The notes beneath the pieces were generated by a model, which was not told where the DNA came from, made no database searches, and saw only the letters and a program-made list of their open reading frames with translations. 64,000 bases of DNA. Source: an uncultured Gemmatimonadales bacterium (lineage in GTDB: Bacteria > Gemmatimonadota > Gemmatimonadetes > Gemmatimonadales > GWC2-71-9). A program made the translations under genes and the position numbers. Each line of letters opens with the position of its first letter. The stretch's first letter is position 1. The DNA is taken from NCBI GenBank assembly GCA_963739455.1, contig CAVUAK010000001.1, forward strand, positions 2,304,001 to 2,368,000, read 5' to 3'. Below are positions 33,318-44,764 of the stretch, in pieces.

Positions 33318-35187
33318 ATGACCGATGGCCTGATGCGCCGCACCTGGGAGGACTTCCGCTTTCACTGGCGGCCGTCGCTCGGTTTTCACCTCGTCCTCCA
33401 GCTGCTCGGCGTCGCCATCCTGACCCCCCTGATCGCGGGGGTGGGACGGCTCCTCGTGCGGGCATCGGGCGGCCCGGTCATCAGCAACTACGACATGGTG
33501 GCATTCGGGCTCTCGCCCATCGGGATCGCCTTCATCGTGGTGGTCGCGGCGCTCACCATCACCCTCCTGCTCGCCGAATTCGCCGGACAGAACTGGATCG
33601 CGGGCCACGCCGTGGCGCGGCGGCCGGTGACGGTTTCCTCGACGATCGCCTTCCTGGTCCGGAAGCTTCCCTGGCTGATGGTGCTGTCGGCGCGGGTGTT
33701 CCTGCGAGCTGGTGCTGCTGGCGCTGCCGTTCCTGGCGGGTGCCGGGCTGGTGTGGTTCACGATGCTGCGCGGGCACGACATCAACTTCTACCTCGCCGA
33801 GCATCCACCGGAGTGGCAGCGCGCCAAGGTGCTGGCGGTGGTCCTGGGCGCCGGCTACGCGCTGGTGGCCGTGTGGCAACTGGCCCGGTGGCTCTTCGCG
33901 ATCCCGATCCTCACGTACAAGGGCGTGCAGGCCGGTGCAGGCGCTCCGGGACAGCGCGGAGATGACGCGCGGGCAGCTCCGCCAGATCGTGCCGCCGCTG
34001 GTGCTGTGGTGGCTGCTGGTGACGGCGGTGGCGCTGGCGATCACCTGGGCGGCCCGGCCGATCTCCGATGCGGGGCTCGAGTGGGCGGGCATCGATGTGC
34101 GCCGGGTGCTGCCGCTGGTGGCGCTGTACGTGATCATGGCGGGGGTGGGCAGCTTCCTGTACAGCGCGGTGCACCTCGCCGGCCAGCAGTTCCTGGTGAC
34201 GCGCATGTACGCGGAACAGGTGGATGCGGCGAAGTGGCGGGTACCGGCGACGCTCGAGATTGGTGAACAGCTCGCCCGGCCGATGGCGCGCCGCGTCATC
34301 CTCGCGTCGCTGGCGCTCCTGGCCGCTGTCGCTCACGGCGTCGCCTGGTTCGTGGCGTCGCGGCTCGACCTGGAGCGGGTCGTGGCGGTGACGGCGCACC
34401 GTGGCGCCAAGGTGACCAATCCCGAGAACACGCTGGCGGCATTCAAGGCAGCGATGGAGGCGGGGGCGAACTACATCGAGCTCGACGTGCAGCACACGAA
34501 GGATGGCGAGATCGTGGTGCTGCACGACGCCGACTTCATGCGGATGGGCGGCGATCCGCGGAAGATCGCCGCGCTGACCGGGGCCGAGGTTGCGACGATC
34601 GACATCGGGCGGAAGTACGACCCGAAGTTCACGGGAGAGCATGCGCCGACGCTCGAGGAGGTGATCGACCTGGTGCGGGGCCAGATGAAGATCAACATCG
34701 AGCTCAAGTACAACGTGCCGGACTCGACGCTGGCGCCGGCGGTGATCGAGCTGCTGCGGCGCAAGGACTTCCTGGACCAGGTGGTGATCACGTCGCTCGA
34801 CTACGGGGCGCTCAAGCAGGTGGAGCGCATCGAGCCGAGCATCAAGACCGGTCACATCGTGACGGCGGCGGTGGGCAACGTGGTCAAGACCGAGGCCGAC
34901 TTCCTGAGCCTCAATTCGGCGAAGGCGACGTCGTCACTGATCCGGCAGGCGCATGCGGCCGGGCAAGGAAGTTCACGTCTGGACGGTCAACAAGCCGGAC
35001 GTGATGATGCGCATGATCGAGCGCGGGGTGGACAACATCATCACCGACGACCCGGTGCTGCTCATGCGGGTCATGAAGGAGCGCGACGGCGCTGAGCCGG
35101 CCGGAACTGCTGGGACTCCGGCTGCGGGTCCTGTTCGACCGGCCGCCGCCGGAGGTGACGAATCCGGAGGCGGTGGAGGAGCTGTGA
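33318..35187 (+). CDS. Membrane-domain glycerophosphodiester phosphodiesterase (several frameshifts)
   Basis: Multi-TM N-terminal domain; AHRG, PENTL, IELDV, HD, NIELK, WTVN, IITD. Confidence 0.88.
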
Positions 35188-35217
35188 GGGCGGGGAGGAC
35201 GGGGAGGACGGGGAGGC
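35186..35217 (+). repeat. 9-mer array GAGGRCGGG
   Basis: Overlaps the GDPD stop codon; between convergent genes. Confidence 0.8.
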
Positions 35218-35219
35218 GC

Positions 35220-35810
35220 CTACTCGCCGGCTGACAGCCAGCTCACGGTGAACGCGATGCCCCACGAGTTGTAGTAGCCCCACTTGTCGTCCCAGACGAC
35301 CGCACCGCCCACCTCCCAGTGCCGTCCCACATGCCAGCCCACTTCTGCGCCAAGTCGGGTCAGGCCGATCGCCTCTCCGGAGGCGTATTCCACGCCCACA
35401 CCGCCGACGAGCGACAGGAGCGGGACGGGCTTGAAGAGCACGACCGGCACCACGGACAAGGGGTAGCTGCGCTCGAGTTGCTCGTCGTGGCCATGTTCGA
35501 TGACGAACTGTTCCAGGATCAGGTCGTTCTGCAGGCCGACCGCCCACCGATTCGCCAGCCAGTAGTCGTAGTTCAGCGACCACGACGCGGTGGCCAGCCA
35601 CTTCGTATCGCCTTCCACGAGACCCTGTGAGATGTGCGTATGGCCGAGACCCAGCGTGATCCGATGAGTACCTGCCATGCCGTGGCCGCTTCCGGCTTCA
35701 TGCCCGGATGCGACCGCGTGGTGTTGCGCCACGGCGGCCGTGTCCTGAGCCCGGGCGGGAGAGACGACGGCCAGCAGCGCAGCGGCCACGGCCGCGCCGC
35801 ATCGGCTCAC
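35220..35810 (-). CDS. Hypothetical secreted/outer-membrane beta-barrel-like protein
   Basis: Signal peptide, His-rich linker, amphipathic aromatic beta strands. Confidence 0.6.
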   Translation of the reverse strand: MSRCGAAVAAALLAVVSPARAQDTAAVAQHHAVASGHEAGSGHGMAGTHRITLGLGHTHISQGLVEGDTKWLATASWSLNYDYWLANRWAVGLQNDLILEQFVIEHGHDEQLERSYPLSVVPVVLFKPVPLLSLVGGVGVEYASGEAIGLTRLGAEVGWHVGRHWEVGGAVVWDDKWGYYNSWGIAFTVSWLSAGE

Positions 35811-37531
35811 GGGGCCGGCGATGCGCTGCGGGAGTAAACGGTCTGCCCCTCCTTGATCGTCTCCATGACCTTGATGTCCTTGATGGTCATCGGGTCGATC
35901 TTCAGCGGATTCTCCGACAGCACCACCAGGTCCGCCAGCTTCCCGACCGTGAGCGATCCCTTCCGCTGTTCCTCGAAGTGCTGATGCGCCCCCCAGATGG
36001 TCATCGTCTGCAGCGCCTGGTATGGTGTGAGGCGCTCATCCGGACCGATGACGGTGCCACTACGCGACACCCGGTTCACCGTGGCCCACATGACGACCAT
36101 CAGGTTGGGGAGAGCCACCGGTGCATCGGTATGGCTGGTGGGCATCATGCCGCGCTTTACGGCTGAATTGATCGGGCTGATCCGCATGGCAGCGGAATCA
36201 CCGATGATCTTCCGGTACCAGTCGCCCCAGTAGAAGGTGTGCATGGGGAAGAGCGAAGGGATGACCTTCATGCGCTCCAGCGTGTCCAGCTGGTCCTCGC
36301 GGAGGAACTGCCCGTGAATGAGCACGTTCCGCCGGTCGTTGTTGCCGTACTTCTCGATGGCCGGCCGAAAGGCATTGATCAACTGGTCGATGGCGGCGTC
36401 GCCGTTGGCGTGCGTCAGCAACTGCCAGTTGTTGGCGAAGGCGGTGTCAACGATGGCCTGGACCTTCTTGCTGTCGGGGATAGCGGGATAGCCCTTGTAT
36501 CCCGCCTTCTGGCCGTCCGGCGGAATGAGGTAGGGAATCGTTCGCCAGGCGGTGCGGCCCTGGGGTGATCCGTCGAGGGTGAGCTTCAGCCCGCCGATGC
36601 GATAGTGGTCCTTGTAGTCGCGACTGTACCACGGCGTGCGCATGTACTTGTCGAACGGAGTAGTCGATGTAGCTCACAACGTCGATCTTCAGGCGACCTG
36701 ATTCAGCGTACTGCACCAGTTGCTCGTGGTTGGCCATTGCGCGGCCTTCCTGCGCGGTGGTGTAGCCGAACGACATCGGCGAGCGCCTGCCCCTTGTCCA
36801 GGAAGATAGTCCGCCTGCTTCGGGGTCTGGGGAGCGAACCGGACGAAGATGACGGGAATGGCGGCCATTTCCTCCAGCACGCCGTTCGGCACCTTCGACC
36901 CCGGCATTCGCCGGATGATGCCGCCGGCGGGATCGGGCGATGCCGCGGTGACCTTGCTCAGCTCGAGCGCCTTGCTGTTGAGGACGGCGAAGTGCCCCGA
37001 GATGTGCATGATGACGACCGGGACATCGGTCGAGACCTTGTCGAGGTCCTCCTTCGTCGGGTGCCGGCCCTCCTTGAGCACGGCGTCATCGTATCCCATG
37101 CCGAGGATCCAGCCGTTGGTCATGCTGGTGTCGGCGGTTGCCTGCCACTCCTTGAGGATCCGCACGATGTCATCGATGCTGTTGGCGTCGCCGTCGGGGG
37201 ACGCCAGGAGATTGGCCGCCACCGCCTGGGCGCCGAAGCCGGTGAAGTGGGCGTGCCCGTCGACGAGCCCGGGGATGAGGGTTCGACCCTTGAGGTCGTG
37301 CACGACGGTGGCGCGGCCCTTCAGCTTGTCTGCGTCGGCCTTGCTCCCGACGAACGAGATCTTGCCGCCGGTGACCGCCACGGCCTCCGCGTACGCGGCG
37401 GTGTCACCATCCATGGTGATGATGTCGCCGCCGGCATAGATGGCGTCGGCCGGCACGGCGGGTTCGGGCGCGCCGCACCCAGATGCCAGGATGATCGTCG
37501 CCAGCCCCACCCTCCCCAGGACCCAGTTCAT
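35807..37531 (-). CDS. Amidohydrolase_3 (YtcJ-like) lipoprotein (frameshifts ~36650, ~36790)
   Basis: PGLVDGHAH, KLTLDGSPQGRTA, HANGDAA, HTD, GKLADLVVL; lipobox LASGC. Confidence 0.88.
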
Positions 37532-37550
37532 TTTCCGCCCCCTCGCGCCG

Positions 37551-39258
37551 TCAGTGTGCCTGGTAAATCGTCTTCCCTTCCTTGATCGTTGCCACCACCT
37601 TGATGTCCTTGATGGCCATCGGATCCACCTTGAGCGGATCCTGGTCGAGGATCACCAGGTCCGCGAGCTTGCCGGGCTCGATGGAACCCTTCGAGTTCTC
37701 CTCGAAATACTGATACGCCGCATTGATGGTGATCGCCTTGAGCGCCTCGAGCGGCGTGATGCGCTGGTCGGGCCCGATGACGACGCCATTCCGTGACACC
37801 CGATTCACCGCGCTCCACACCACCACCATCTGGTCAATCGGCGCAACATTGAAGTCGGTGTGGTTGGTGGGGCGCAGGCCCTTGTCGATCGCGGTGCGCA
37901 TCGGGCTCAGGAAGAACGCGCGCTCCTCACCCAGTTGCCGCACGTGCGTGTCACCGAAGTAGAAGGTGTGCTCGGTGAAGAACGACGGGATGAACTTGTA
38001 CTGGACATACTTGTCGAGCTGGTCCAGCCGGACGAACTGGGAGTGGATGACGGTGGTGCGCCGATCCTTGTCGAGGCTGCCCGCAGCGGCAGACTCATGT
38101 GCCTTGAGCAGGACGTCGAGCGCGGCATCGCCGTTGCCATGCACGTAGAGCTGCAGCCCCAGGCCATACACTCGCTTGAACCACGCGTTGACAGTGTCCT
38201 GGGGAAAGGGGAGCTCGCCCCTCCAGTTCTTCTGGCCATTCGGCCCGTCGACAAGGTATGGCTTGGTGAAAAACGCCGTGCGGCCCTGTGGTGAGCCGTC
38301 GAGCGTGACCTTCACGCCGCCCAGCTTGAGGTGGTTCTTGTACACCCCAAAGGTGCTTGCGGGGTTGTCCTTGAGCACGGCATCGAGGTCGAGAATGAAT
38401 GGGTACGACACCACATCGATGATGGTGGCGCCGCCCGCCGCGGCGCGCTGCATGAGGGCGACATCAGACGCGTGGGTGGCCCCTTCCTGCGCCGTGGTCA
38501 CGCCAGCGGCAGCGTAGAGCATCTGTCCCGCCTTGCTCCACTCGACTTCCTGCTCGGGGGTGGGCTTGGGCAGCGACGCGAAGATCGGCAGCCAGGCCGT
38601 CTCCATGACGAGGCCCTCGGGCTCATTCGAACCCTTCTTCCGCACGATGATGCCTCCGGGCGGAGTCTTTGTCGCCGCCGAGATGCCGTACTTCCTGAAG
38701 GCCGCCGAGTTGAGGACCGCTCCGTGCAGCGAGGTATGCCCGACCATTACCGGGTTGTCGGGGAAGTCCTTGTCGAGGTCGTCCCGAGTCAGAGTGCGAC
38801 CACCCGGCATGCTGGTCTCGTCATAGCCATAGGCCATGATCGTCGCGCCTGCGGGGATCTTCCGCGCATCACGGAACTTCACCAGCTCGGCCACGATTGC
38901 GTCGACGTCCTTGCCTGGCCCTGCGGGCGGGGCGAAGACGTTGACCTGATTGGCCATCGTAAGCGAGTTGATGTAGTGGCTGTGCGGGTCGAGGAAACCG
39001 GGGAGCAGGGTCTTGCCCGCCGAGGTCGACCATTGTGGTCGCCTTGCCCATGTAGGAGCGCTCCAGGTCAATGCGGGTGCCGACTGCACGGATCTTTCCG
39101 TCCTTGACGGCGATGGCCTCGACGGTGGGCTGGTCGTCGTTGATGGTGACGATGTCTCCCCCGAAGTAGATGGTGTCGGCGGGTGACGCCGGCTCGGGCC
39201 TGGCGCACGCGGTGAGCGCCAAGCCAAGGGACAGCAGCATCCGGGGCACGGTCTTCAT
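37551..39258 (-). CDS. Amidohydrolase_3 (YtcJ-like) lipoprotein, paralog (frameshift ~39020)
   Basis: PGFLDPHSH, DGSPQGRTA, HGNGDAA, GKLADLVIL; lipobox LTAC. Confidence 0.88.
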
Positions 39259-39361
39259 GCAGCGTCTTTCAGGCAGTGAGGATCGGGGGGTATCAGGCCC
39301 TGGCCGGACCCGGGGTGCAGGCTAGGGTCCGGTAGTCCGGGGCGCAATTGAACCTTGGTTT

Positions 39362-39403
39362 GGGGAGGGCGGGGAGGGCGGGGAGGACGGGGAAGGCGGG
39401 GAA
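39362..39403 (+). repeat. 9-mer array GARGRCGGG
   Basis: GGGGAGGGC GGGGAGGGC GGGGAGGAC GGGGAAGGC GGGGAA. Confidence 0.85.
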
Positions 39404-39430
39404 GTGAGAGAGGCGGGTGGGGGAAAGAGA

Positions 39431-39460
39431 GAAGGACGGAATCCGAGGATTCCGTCCTTC
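39431..39460 (-). terminator. Perfect 13-bp hairpin, probable terminator of the minus-strand gene 39495-39953
   Basis: GAAGGACGGAATC-CGAG-GATTCCGTCCTTC; followed by TCTCTTT on the minus strand. Confidence 0.7.
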
Positions 39461-39494
39461 CCTACTGTTCTACTCAGTCTGTCACGCGATGGGC

Positions 39495-39953
39495 CTACGC
39501 GGGCCAAGTGGGTGGGCGTCGCCGAGTAAGAACGAAAAGTTCAGTGGGGCAGGATTCGGGGGTCAGTTCGCCGGCCATGGCGGCAAAGAGCGCGGCATCG
39601 GGGCCGGTGGCGCCGGGATCGAAATAGACGGCCAGGCTCCTCACCAGTGCGGCACGGTCGGGGCGGTCGATGGCCGCCCATTCGGCTGGCAGCTCGGCGG
39701 TGCTGCGGCACTCCAGGCGGACCCGGACGGCACCATCCAGCCAGCAGGACATGCGGCTCAGTTCGTCGAGGAGTTCGCTGGTGAGGACCAGGCTCTCGCC
39801 ACCCGAGGTGACGGCGCCGAAACGGATCCGGCCGCGCTCATTCCGACGGTGCAACACCACCCCCCACTTGAAGCTCGGGAGGTCGCGGCGATGCCACTCC
39901 ATGATGGTGGCCAGCTGCTCCTTGAACACGTCGACGACCATGGGTGATCTCAT
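39495..39953 (-). CDS. Hypothetical protein
   Basis: AGGAG RBS 8 nt upstream of ATG; downstream hairpin; no recognised motif. Confidence 0.6.
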   Translation of the reverse strand: MRSPMVVDVFKEQLATIMEWHRRDLPSFKWGVVLHRRNERGRIRFGAVTSGGESLVLTSELLDELSRMSCWLDGAVRVRLECRSTAELPAEWAAIDRPDRAALVRSLAVYFDPGATGPDAALFAAMAGELTPESCPTELFVLTRRRPPTWPA

Positions 39954-40232
39954 CGTAGTCACTCCTGAACGCCGTGCAGTCGCGGGTGGTGATTGGTTGA
40001 CGGGAGGTGATGAAGCAGGTTGCAGGCCAAACGCCGAATTGAGGCTGAATTACCATAGGTTGCAGCTAATATTGGACCTTAGAATACCGTATGTAAATGC
40101 TTTTATTGCATTAGTTAACTAATTAACAATACGTAATGAATGCTAATTGCTAGTTGTGAAGGTGACGACGCGGTGATCGAGCGGAAGCGCCGCCAATTCA
40201 GGGCTCGAGTTCGGACCTGCAAGACCTGTCAG

Positions 40233-41928
40233 TCAGCGCGTGATCGAATCGGCCGGCGCAGGAGCGATGGAATCGGTGGGGGGCGGGACCACCGGATCAA
40301 TCACCCGATGGAGCACGATGTCGGTGCTCGTGGCCCGGTCCTCCGACGTGGCTCGGAGGCTGGCGGGGGCGCTGACAACCTGCCAGCGGCCGGGGGCAAG
40401 GAACTCGCTGAACATGACCGTCACCTTGTAGTCCCGGGGGCGGCCGAGACGGATGAGGAACTGCCCCTCGGGGTTGGTGAAGGTGATGTTGCCGTCAAAG
40501 TCGATCGCGGCCCCGTCAACCGGCTGCCCCTGCTCGTCCACCACCCGCCCGGTGATCACGAACTTACCGATCTGGGGGGAGATGAGGTTGGGCTGCATGC
40601 CGCCGAACTGGCTCATATAGAGGAAGGTGGAGGCGGTGGCGAGGTAGTCGACCCGACCATCGGGCTGGATGACGGTGTTGACGCTGGTGGAATAGCGCCC
40701 CAGCTGGAGTCGCGCGGTGAGGCTCAGGACGCTCTTGAACGGGTTGAGTGGCTGGAAGGGCTGCTGGACGATCTGGTACGACACACTGAGGTCGCCGATC
40801 GACGTCATGAGGTCGCCGCCGAACTGGAACGTGGGCTTCCCGTTGTTGAACGAGATCATCTGCATGAGCGAGAGGCGACGGGAGAGGTGCTCGCGCAGGC
40901 TGATGATCGGGGTGCTGGTGTTGGGTCCCACCGAGGGACGGCTCTGCAGCAGGAAGAGCTCGGCGTCCACCCACTGGCCGAAGGAATAGCCCAGGGCGAG
41001 ATAGGTGCTGAGGTTGCTGATGCCCTCGGAGTGCGAGTCGTAGACGCCCGCCTGGGCCCGCACGCCGAAGCGAGTGATGCCGCCGTAGGCGGTGTTGCCG
41101 GTGGCGCTGATCGACTGGCGTGCTGTCGGTAGCGCCCTGAAGGAAGTTCTGTCGCGCCACGCCGAGGGAAACCTGGTTCCACGGCATCCAATCGACCTGG
41201 ATGTTTTCCTTGTACGCCTCGGTCTGCTCGGGATAGGGGAGGTCGGCGCGACGGAAGTTGTCTCCCATTCCAACGTAGGAGGTACGGACGGAGACGGTGC
41301 GGGTCTTGTACTCGAGGGCCACGGCGCCGTAGGGAGCATTGCTGCCGATACCGCCGCTGGCGGCGAGGCCGAGGTTGACCCTGGGGAAGTAGGCCACGCT
41401 GCCGATGGCGGTTTGCCGCGCGGCGATGACGCCATCAAAGCCGAGGTTCACCAGGCGGCTGGCCTGGTGCCGGGCGCTGAGGGCGCCGAAGGGTGCATCG
41501 AAGGAGTAGGCCTGGAAGAACTGCGAGCCGTAGGCGGCGGCGGCCGAGCCGGCGGCCGCCATGACAACAGTACGCTTCCGCACCCAGGTGTACCTGATGT
41601 CCTGGGTGAGGACGTTGATGCCGATGCTGAAGAGGTCGGTGGCGTAGCGCTGCAGCAGGACGCTGGAGCCGATGCGCAGCGAATCCTGGTGGAACGAGGT
41701 CTGGACGGCGGCGCCGAGCTTGAAGCCATCCTGGTAGCCGACGCCGAGCCAGCCGGTGTAGTTCGAGGTGTAGAAGTGCACCGAGCCGCCGTAGCTGTCG
41801 TAGAGCGACGTACCGCCCGCCTGCAGCTCGACCACCGTTTGTCCGACCGCTCGCGTCGCTCCTGCCGACAGTACCACCAGGAGGGCCGCGAGGGCTCGCG
41901 TGGCGCTAGCGCGTCGCGCTGGAATCAC
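40233..41928 (-). CDS. Putative compact usher-like outer membrane protein (frameshift ~41105)
   Basis: Signal peptide, many amphipathic beta strands, C-terminal ITGRVVDEQGQPV..TNPEGQF prealbumin-like domain; last gene of the pilin-chaperone operon. Confidence 0.6.
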
Positions 41929-42703
41929 GCGTCTCCGCCGGCTGTGCGGCGGCGGGCGGCGCCGAGTCAGCGGGGGCGGGTGGCGGGGCGGCGGTGGTGT
42001 CGACGACAATGTCGGTGCTGTTCAGGCGGAAGCCATCGAAGCGCACCTCGATTCGCTGCGGGGGCAGGGAATCGGCCCAGGGCATGCGCATGCGGCGGAT
42101 GCTCTCGGGGAATAGCGGGAAGCCGGCGGCTTCCTGGTTCCTCACCCGCTCGGCGCTGGCGACAACGCTCTGCACCCGGCCAAGCCGAGGGCTGCTGTTG
42201 GCGAACTCGACAATGACCTGCTTCTCGGCGGGGCGATAGCGCACCGAGCGAATGGTGATGTCGCCGGCGGTGAGCTTCTGCTTCTGGTAGAGGTAGACGA
42301 CGTGGGGCAGCTCGATCCGCAGGTTGATGCCGGACTCGGTCTTGGACCCGGTGATGCCGCTCCAGACATTGAACCAGTAGGGGACGGTGTCGGTCGAGGC
42401 CTCATAGAAAACGGTATAGGCCTGGCGTGGCTGCAGCCGGAAGCTCATGGCCGAGAGCCGGAGCTTCACGGCGTTCGTGTCGAGCGGCACGTCGTAGAGA
42501 TCGCCGTCCTCCGTGACCTTGAAGCCCTTGGGCTGCAGCACGACGGTCAGGGGGAAGAGCGTCTGGTTGGTGACGATGAAGGAGCCGCGCGCCTTCAATC
42601 CCCGGTACTCGGAGATGGGCGGGCTGATGGATTGCGCCGCGACCGGAGTGGGTGCGGCTGCGAGCAGCAGAAGGATCGGGATGGCCGAGACGAGTTGCTT
42701 CAC
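41906..42703 (-). CDS. Putative PapD-like periplasmic pilus chaperone
   Basis: Signal peptide, SISPP start, VTN, SFRLQPRQ..V pattern of fimbrial chaperones. Confidence 0.68.
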   Translation of the reverse strand: MKQLVSAIPILLLLAAAPTPVAAQSISPPISEYRGLKARGSFIVTNQTLFPLTVVLQPKGFKVTEDGDLYDVPLDTNAVKLRLSAMSFRLQPRQAYTVFYEASTDTVPYWFNVWSGITGSKTESGINLRIELPHVVYLYQKQKLTAGDITIRSVRYRPAEKQVIVEFANSSPRLGRVQSVVASAERVRNQEAAGFPLFPESIRRMRMPWADSLPPQRIEVRFDGFRLNSTDIVVDTTAAPPPAPADSAPPAAAQPAETRDSSATR

Positions 42704-42780
42704 CTGCGATGCTCTCCGGTCGATGACGCGGCAACGATAGCCCCGTCGTCGTACGCGGCGCCACCGTGCCGGGGCGGTGG

Positions 42781-43386
42781 CTAGTAAATCACCGCACGGA
42801 TGTTGAGGACGCCGGCATAGGTGCCGGCCGACGTGGGGTAGCCCACGAGGTTGAGGCGAAGGTCGAGCTGGTCGGTGCGATCACCCTGGCGACAGAAGAT
42901 GCCGAGACCGCAGAGGGCGTTCCACTCCCACAGCGCCTGAGTGCCGCCCGCCGTGCCGGTGCCTCCGACGGCATTGCCGTTGAAGGGGGTCCATGTCGTC
43001 AGCAGGGAAGGGTCGCTCCCCGAGGTACGTCCCTCGACCCGCGACGACGGAATGTTCGCACTGCCGGTGGTAAGGGCCTGGGTCGGGTTGCTGAAGTACG
43101 CCACCAGGGACAGCGTGCCACCGAAGAAGAAGGGGAGGTTCCACTCGGTGTAGATCTGCACCGGAGTGGGGAATTGGTTGATGGCGTTGGGCGTGAGGTT
43201 GAGAATCGTCTGGGTGGCGCCCGACATCACCACCACCACCAGCCGGTCGGCGGCAGTGGCGGCGAGGGTAATGGGGACCGGTGCGCCCAAGGTGCCGGTC
43301 TGGGCCACGGCGGGGCGGCCGAACGCACTTGCGAGCAGCAGGGCCAGGGCCATGCCGCTCGCGAGGTACGATCGACGGAACCGCAT
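42781..43386 (-). CDS. Putative minor fimbrial subunit
   Basis: Paralog of neighbours; C-terminal AGTYAGVLNIRAVIY; one Cys pair. Confidence 0.68.
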   Translation of the reverse strand: MRFRRSYLASGMALALLLASAFGRPAVAQTGTLGAPVPITLAATAADRLVVVVMSGATQTILNLTPNAINQFPTPVQIYTEWNLPFFFGGTLSLVAYFSNPTQALTTGSANIPSSRVEGRTSGSDPSLLTTWTPFNGNAVGGTGTAGGTQALWEWNALCGLGIFCRQGDRTDQLDLRLNLVGYPTSAGTYAGVLNIRAVIY

Positions 43387-43405
43387 GTCGACGATCCGCT
43401 ATCGC

Positions 43406-43951
43406 TTACTGAACGATGGCGCGGAGGTTGAGCGTGCCGGTGTAGACGCCGGCGTTGGGCGTCGGCTGGCCCGTGAAATCGAGCCCAAGGTCGAGGTTGG
43501 TGGTCGCGGTTCCATTGAGTGGGGTGGCGTTCACGCTCCAGAGCTGCAGCGACGCACCCGCGACACCCACACCGGCCACGGCGGCAGCAGTGAAGGGGGC
43601 GAAGGCCGCAACGCCGGTGCGACCTACCACCCGGGCGGAGGCAATGTTGTTGGCGCCGCTGGTGAGGGCGGTGGCCGGCGCCGCGAACCAGCCGACAAGG
43701 CGGATCGTGGTGCCAGCGGTGAGGTTCCACGTCGTGGTGACGTTCAGTCCTGGGAACTGCGTCAGGACGCCCGCGCCGATGGCCGGCATGGTGACCGACG
43801 CGGCGCTGGCGCTCAGCGTCAGCGTCGAGGCCTGGGTGGCATTGAGCACGACGGTCGCAGTGTTCGAGCCGAGACCGACCTGGGCCTGCGCTGTGCCGGC
43901 CACGAGGGCCAGCGCACCAACCATCAGGACCTGCTTGATCATCCGATTCAT
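43406..43951 (-). CDS. Putative fimbrial subunit
   Basis: Signal peptide; C-terminal AGVYTGTLNLRAIVQ. Confidence 0.72.
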   Translation of the reverse strand: MNRMIKQVLMVGALALVAGTAQAQVGLGSNTATVVLNATQASTLTLSASAASVTMPAIGAGVLTQFPGLNVTTTWNLTAGTTIRLVGWFAAPATALTSGANNIASARVVGRTGVAAFAPFTAAAVAGVGVAGASLQLWSVNATPLNGTATTNLDLGLDFTGQPTPNAGVYTGTLNLRAIVQ

Positions 43952-43969
43952 TTCAATGGCTCCTGTTGG

Positions 43970-44518
43970 TTACTGAACGACAGCGCGAAGGTTGAGCGTG
44001 CCGGTGTAGGTGCCGGCATTGGGCGGAAGCTGGCTGGTGTAGTCGAGCCGGAGATCGAGGTTCGTGGTCGCGGTGCTGTTGAGCGGCGTCGCGGCGACGC
44101 TCCAGAGCTGGGCGGTACCGGAGGCCACGCCCTGGCCGGCGACAGCGTTGCCGGTGAACGGGACGTAGGCGGCGACGCCGGTGCGACCGAGCACCCGTGC
44201 GGAGGCGATGTTGCCGCCGGGACCGGTCAGCGCCGAAGCCGGCGTGGCGAACCAGCCGACGAGGACGATGTTGGCGCCTGCGGTCAGGTTCCACGCCGCG
44301 GTGACGTTGAGTGACGGGAAGTCGGTCGTGGTGCCGGCGTTGATGGCGGCGATCGTAGTCGAGCCGACGCTGGTGCTGAGCGTCAGAGTCGAGCTCTGGG
44401 TCGCGTTGAGCAGAACCGTACTCGGCGCGGCATTCGACAGGAGGCCGACCTGGGCCGACGCCGTATTGGCGGTCAGGGCAAGGGCGGCGAGGGCGAGCAG
44501 GCTGCGGGTGCTGCGCAT
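43970..44518 (-). CDS. Putative major fimbrial subunit
   Basis: Signal peptide, AGGAG RBS; C-terminal AGTYTGTLNLRAVVQ. Confidence 0.72.
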   Translation of the reverse strand: MRSTRSLLALAALALTANTASAQVGLLSNAAPSTVLLNATQSSTLTLSTSVGSTTIAAINAGTTTDFPSLNVTAAWNLTAGANIVLVGWFATPASALTGPGGNIASARVLGRTGVAAYVPFTGNAVAGQGVASGTAQLWSVAATPLNSTATTNLDLRLDYTSQLPPNAGTYTGTLNLRAVVQ

Positions 44519-44663
44519 GGGGTCGATCTCCTAAAGGGTCGAGCGTGTGACGCGAAAGTGGACGGTTGCCGCTCGCGAAGGCGGCATTTGGGTCGAGGTA
44601 AGTCAATTGATGTGCCGATTGTGGGGTGGCGAGGTGTAGAGGAAGGGGACAGTGGCGAGAAAT

Positions 44664-44754
44664 GAGTCGGCAGTCGGCAGTCGGCAGTCGTCAGGGAGTG
44701 AGCAGTCATCAGCCGACGACTTTCTGCCGACTGCCGACAGACGACTGCCGACTG
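44664..44754. repeat. Inverted heptamer-repeat element, empty
   Basis: GAGTCGG (CAGTCGG)2 CAGTCGT..CAGCCG..CTTTCTG CCGACTG CCGACAG ACGACTG CCGACTG. Confidence 0.88.
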
Positions 44755-44764
44755 CTTCTGTGCG

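Noticed and set aside
31076..35095. 1339-aa GSIII-GDPD fusion ORF
   Set aside because: Frame wanders through indels; GSIII ends at 33212 and GDPD starts separately.
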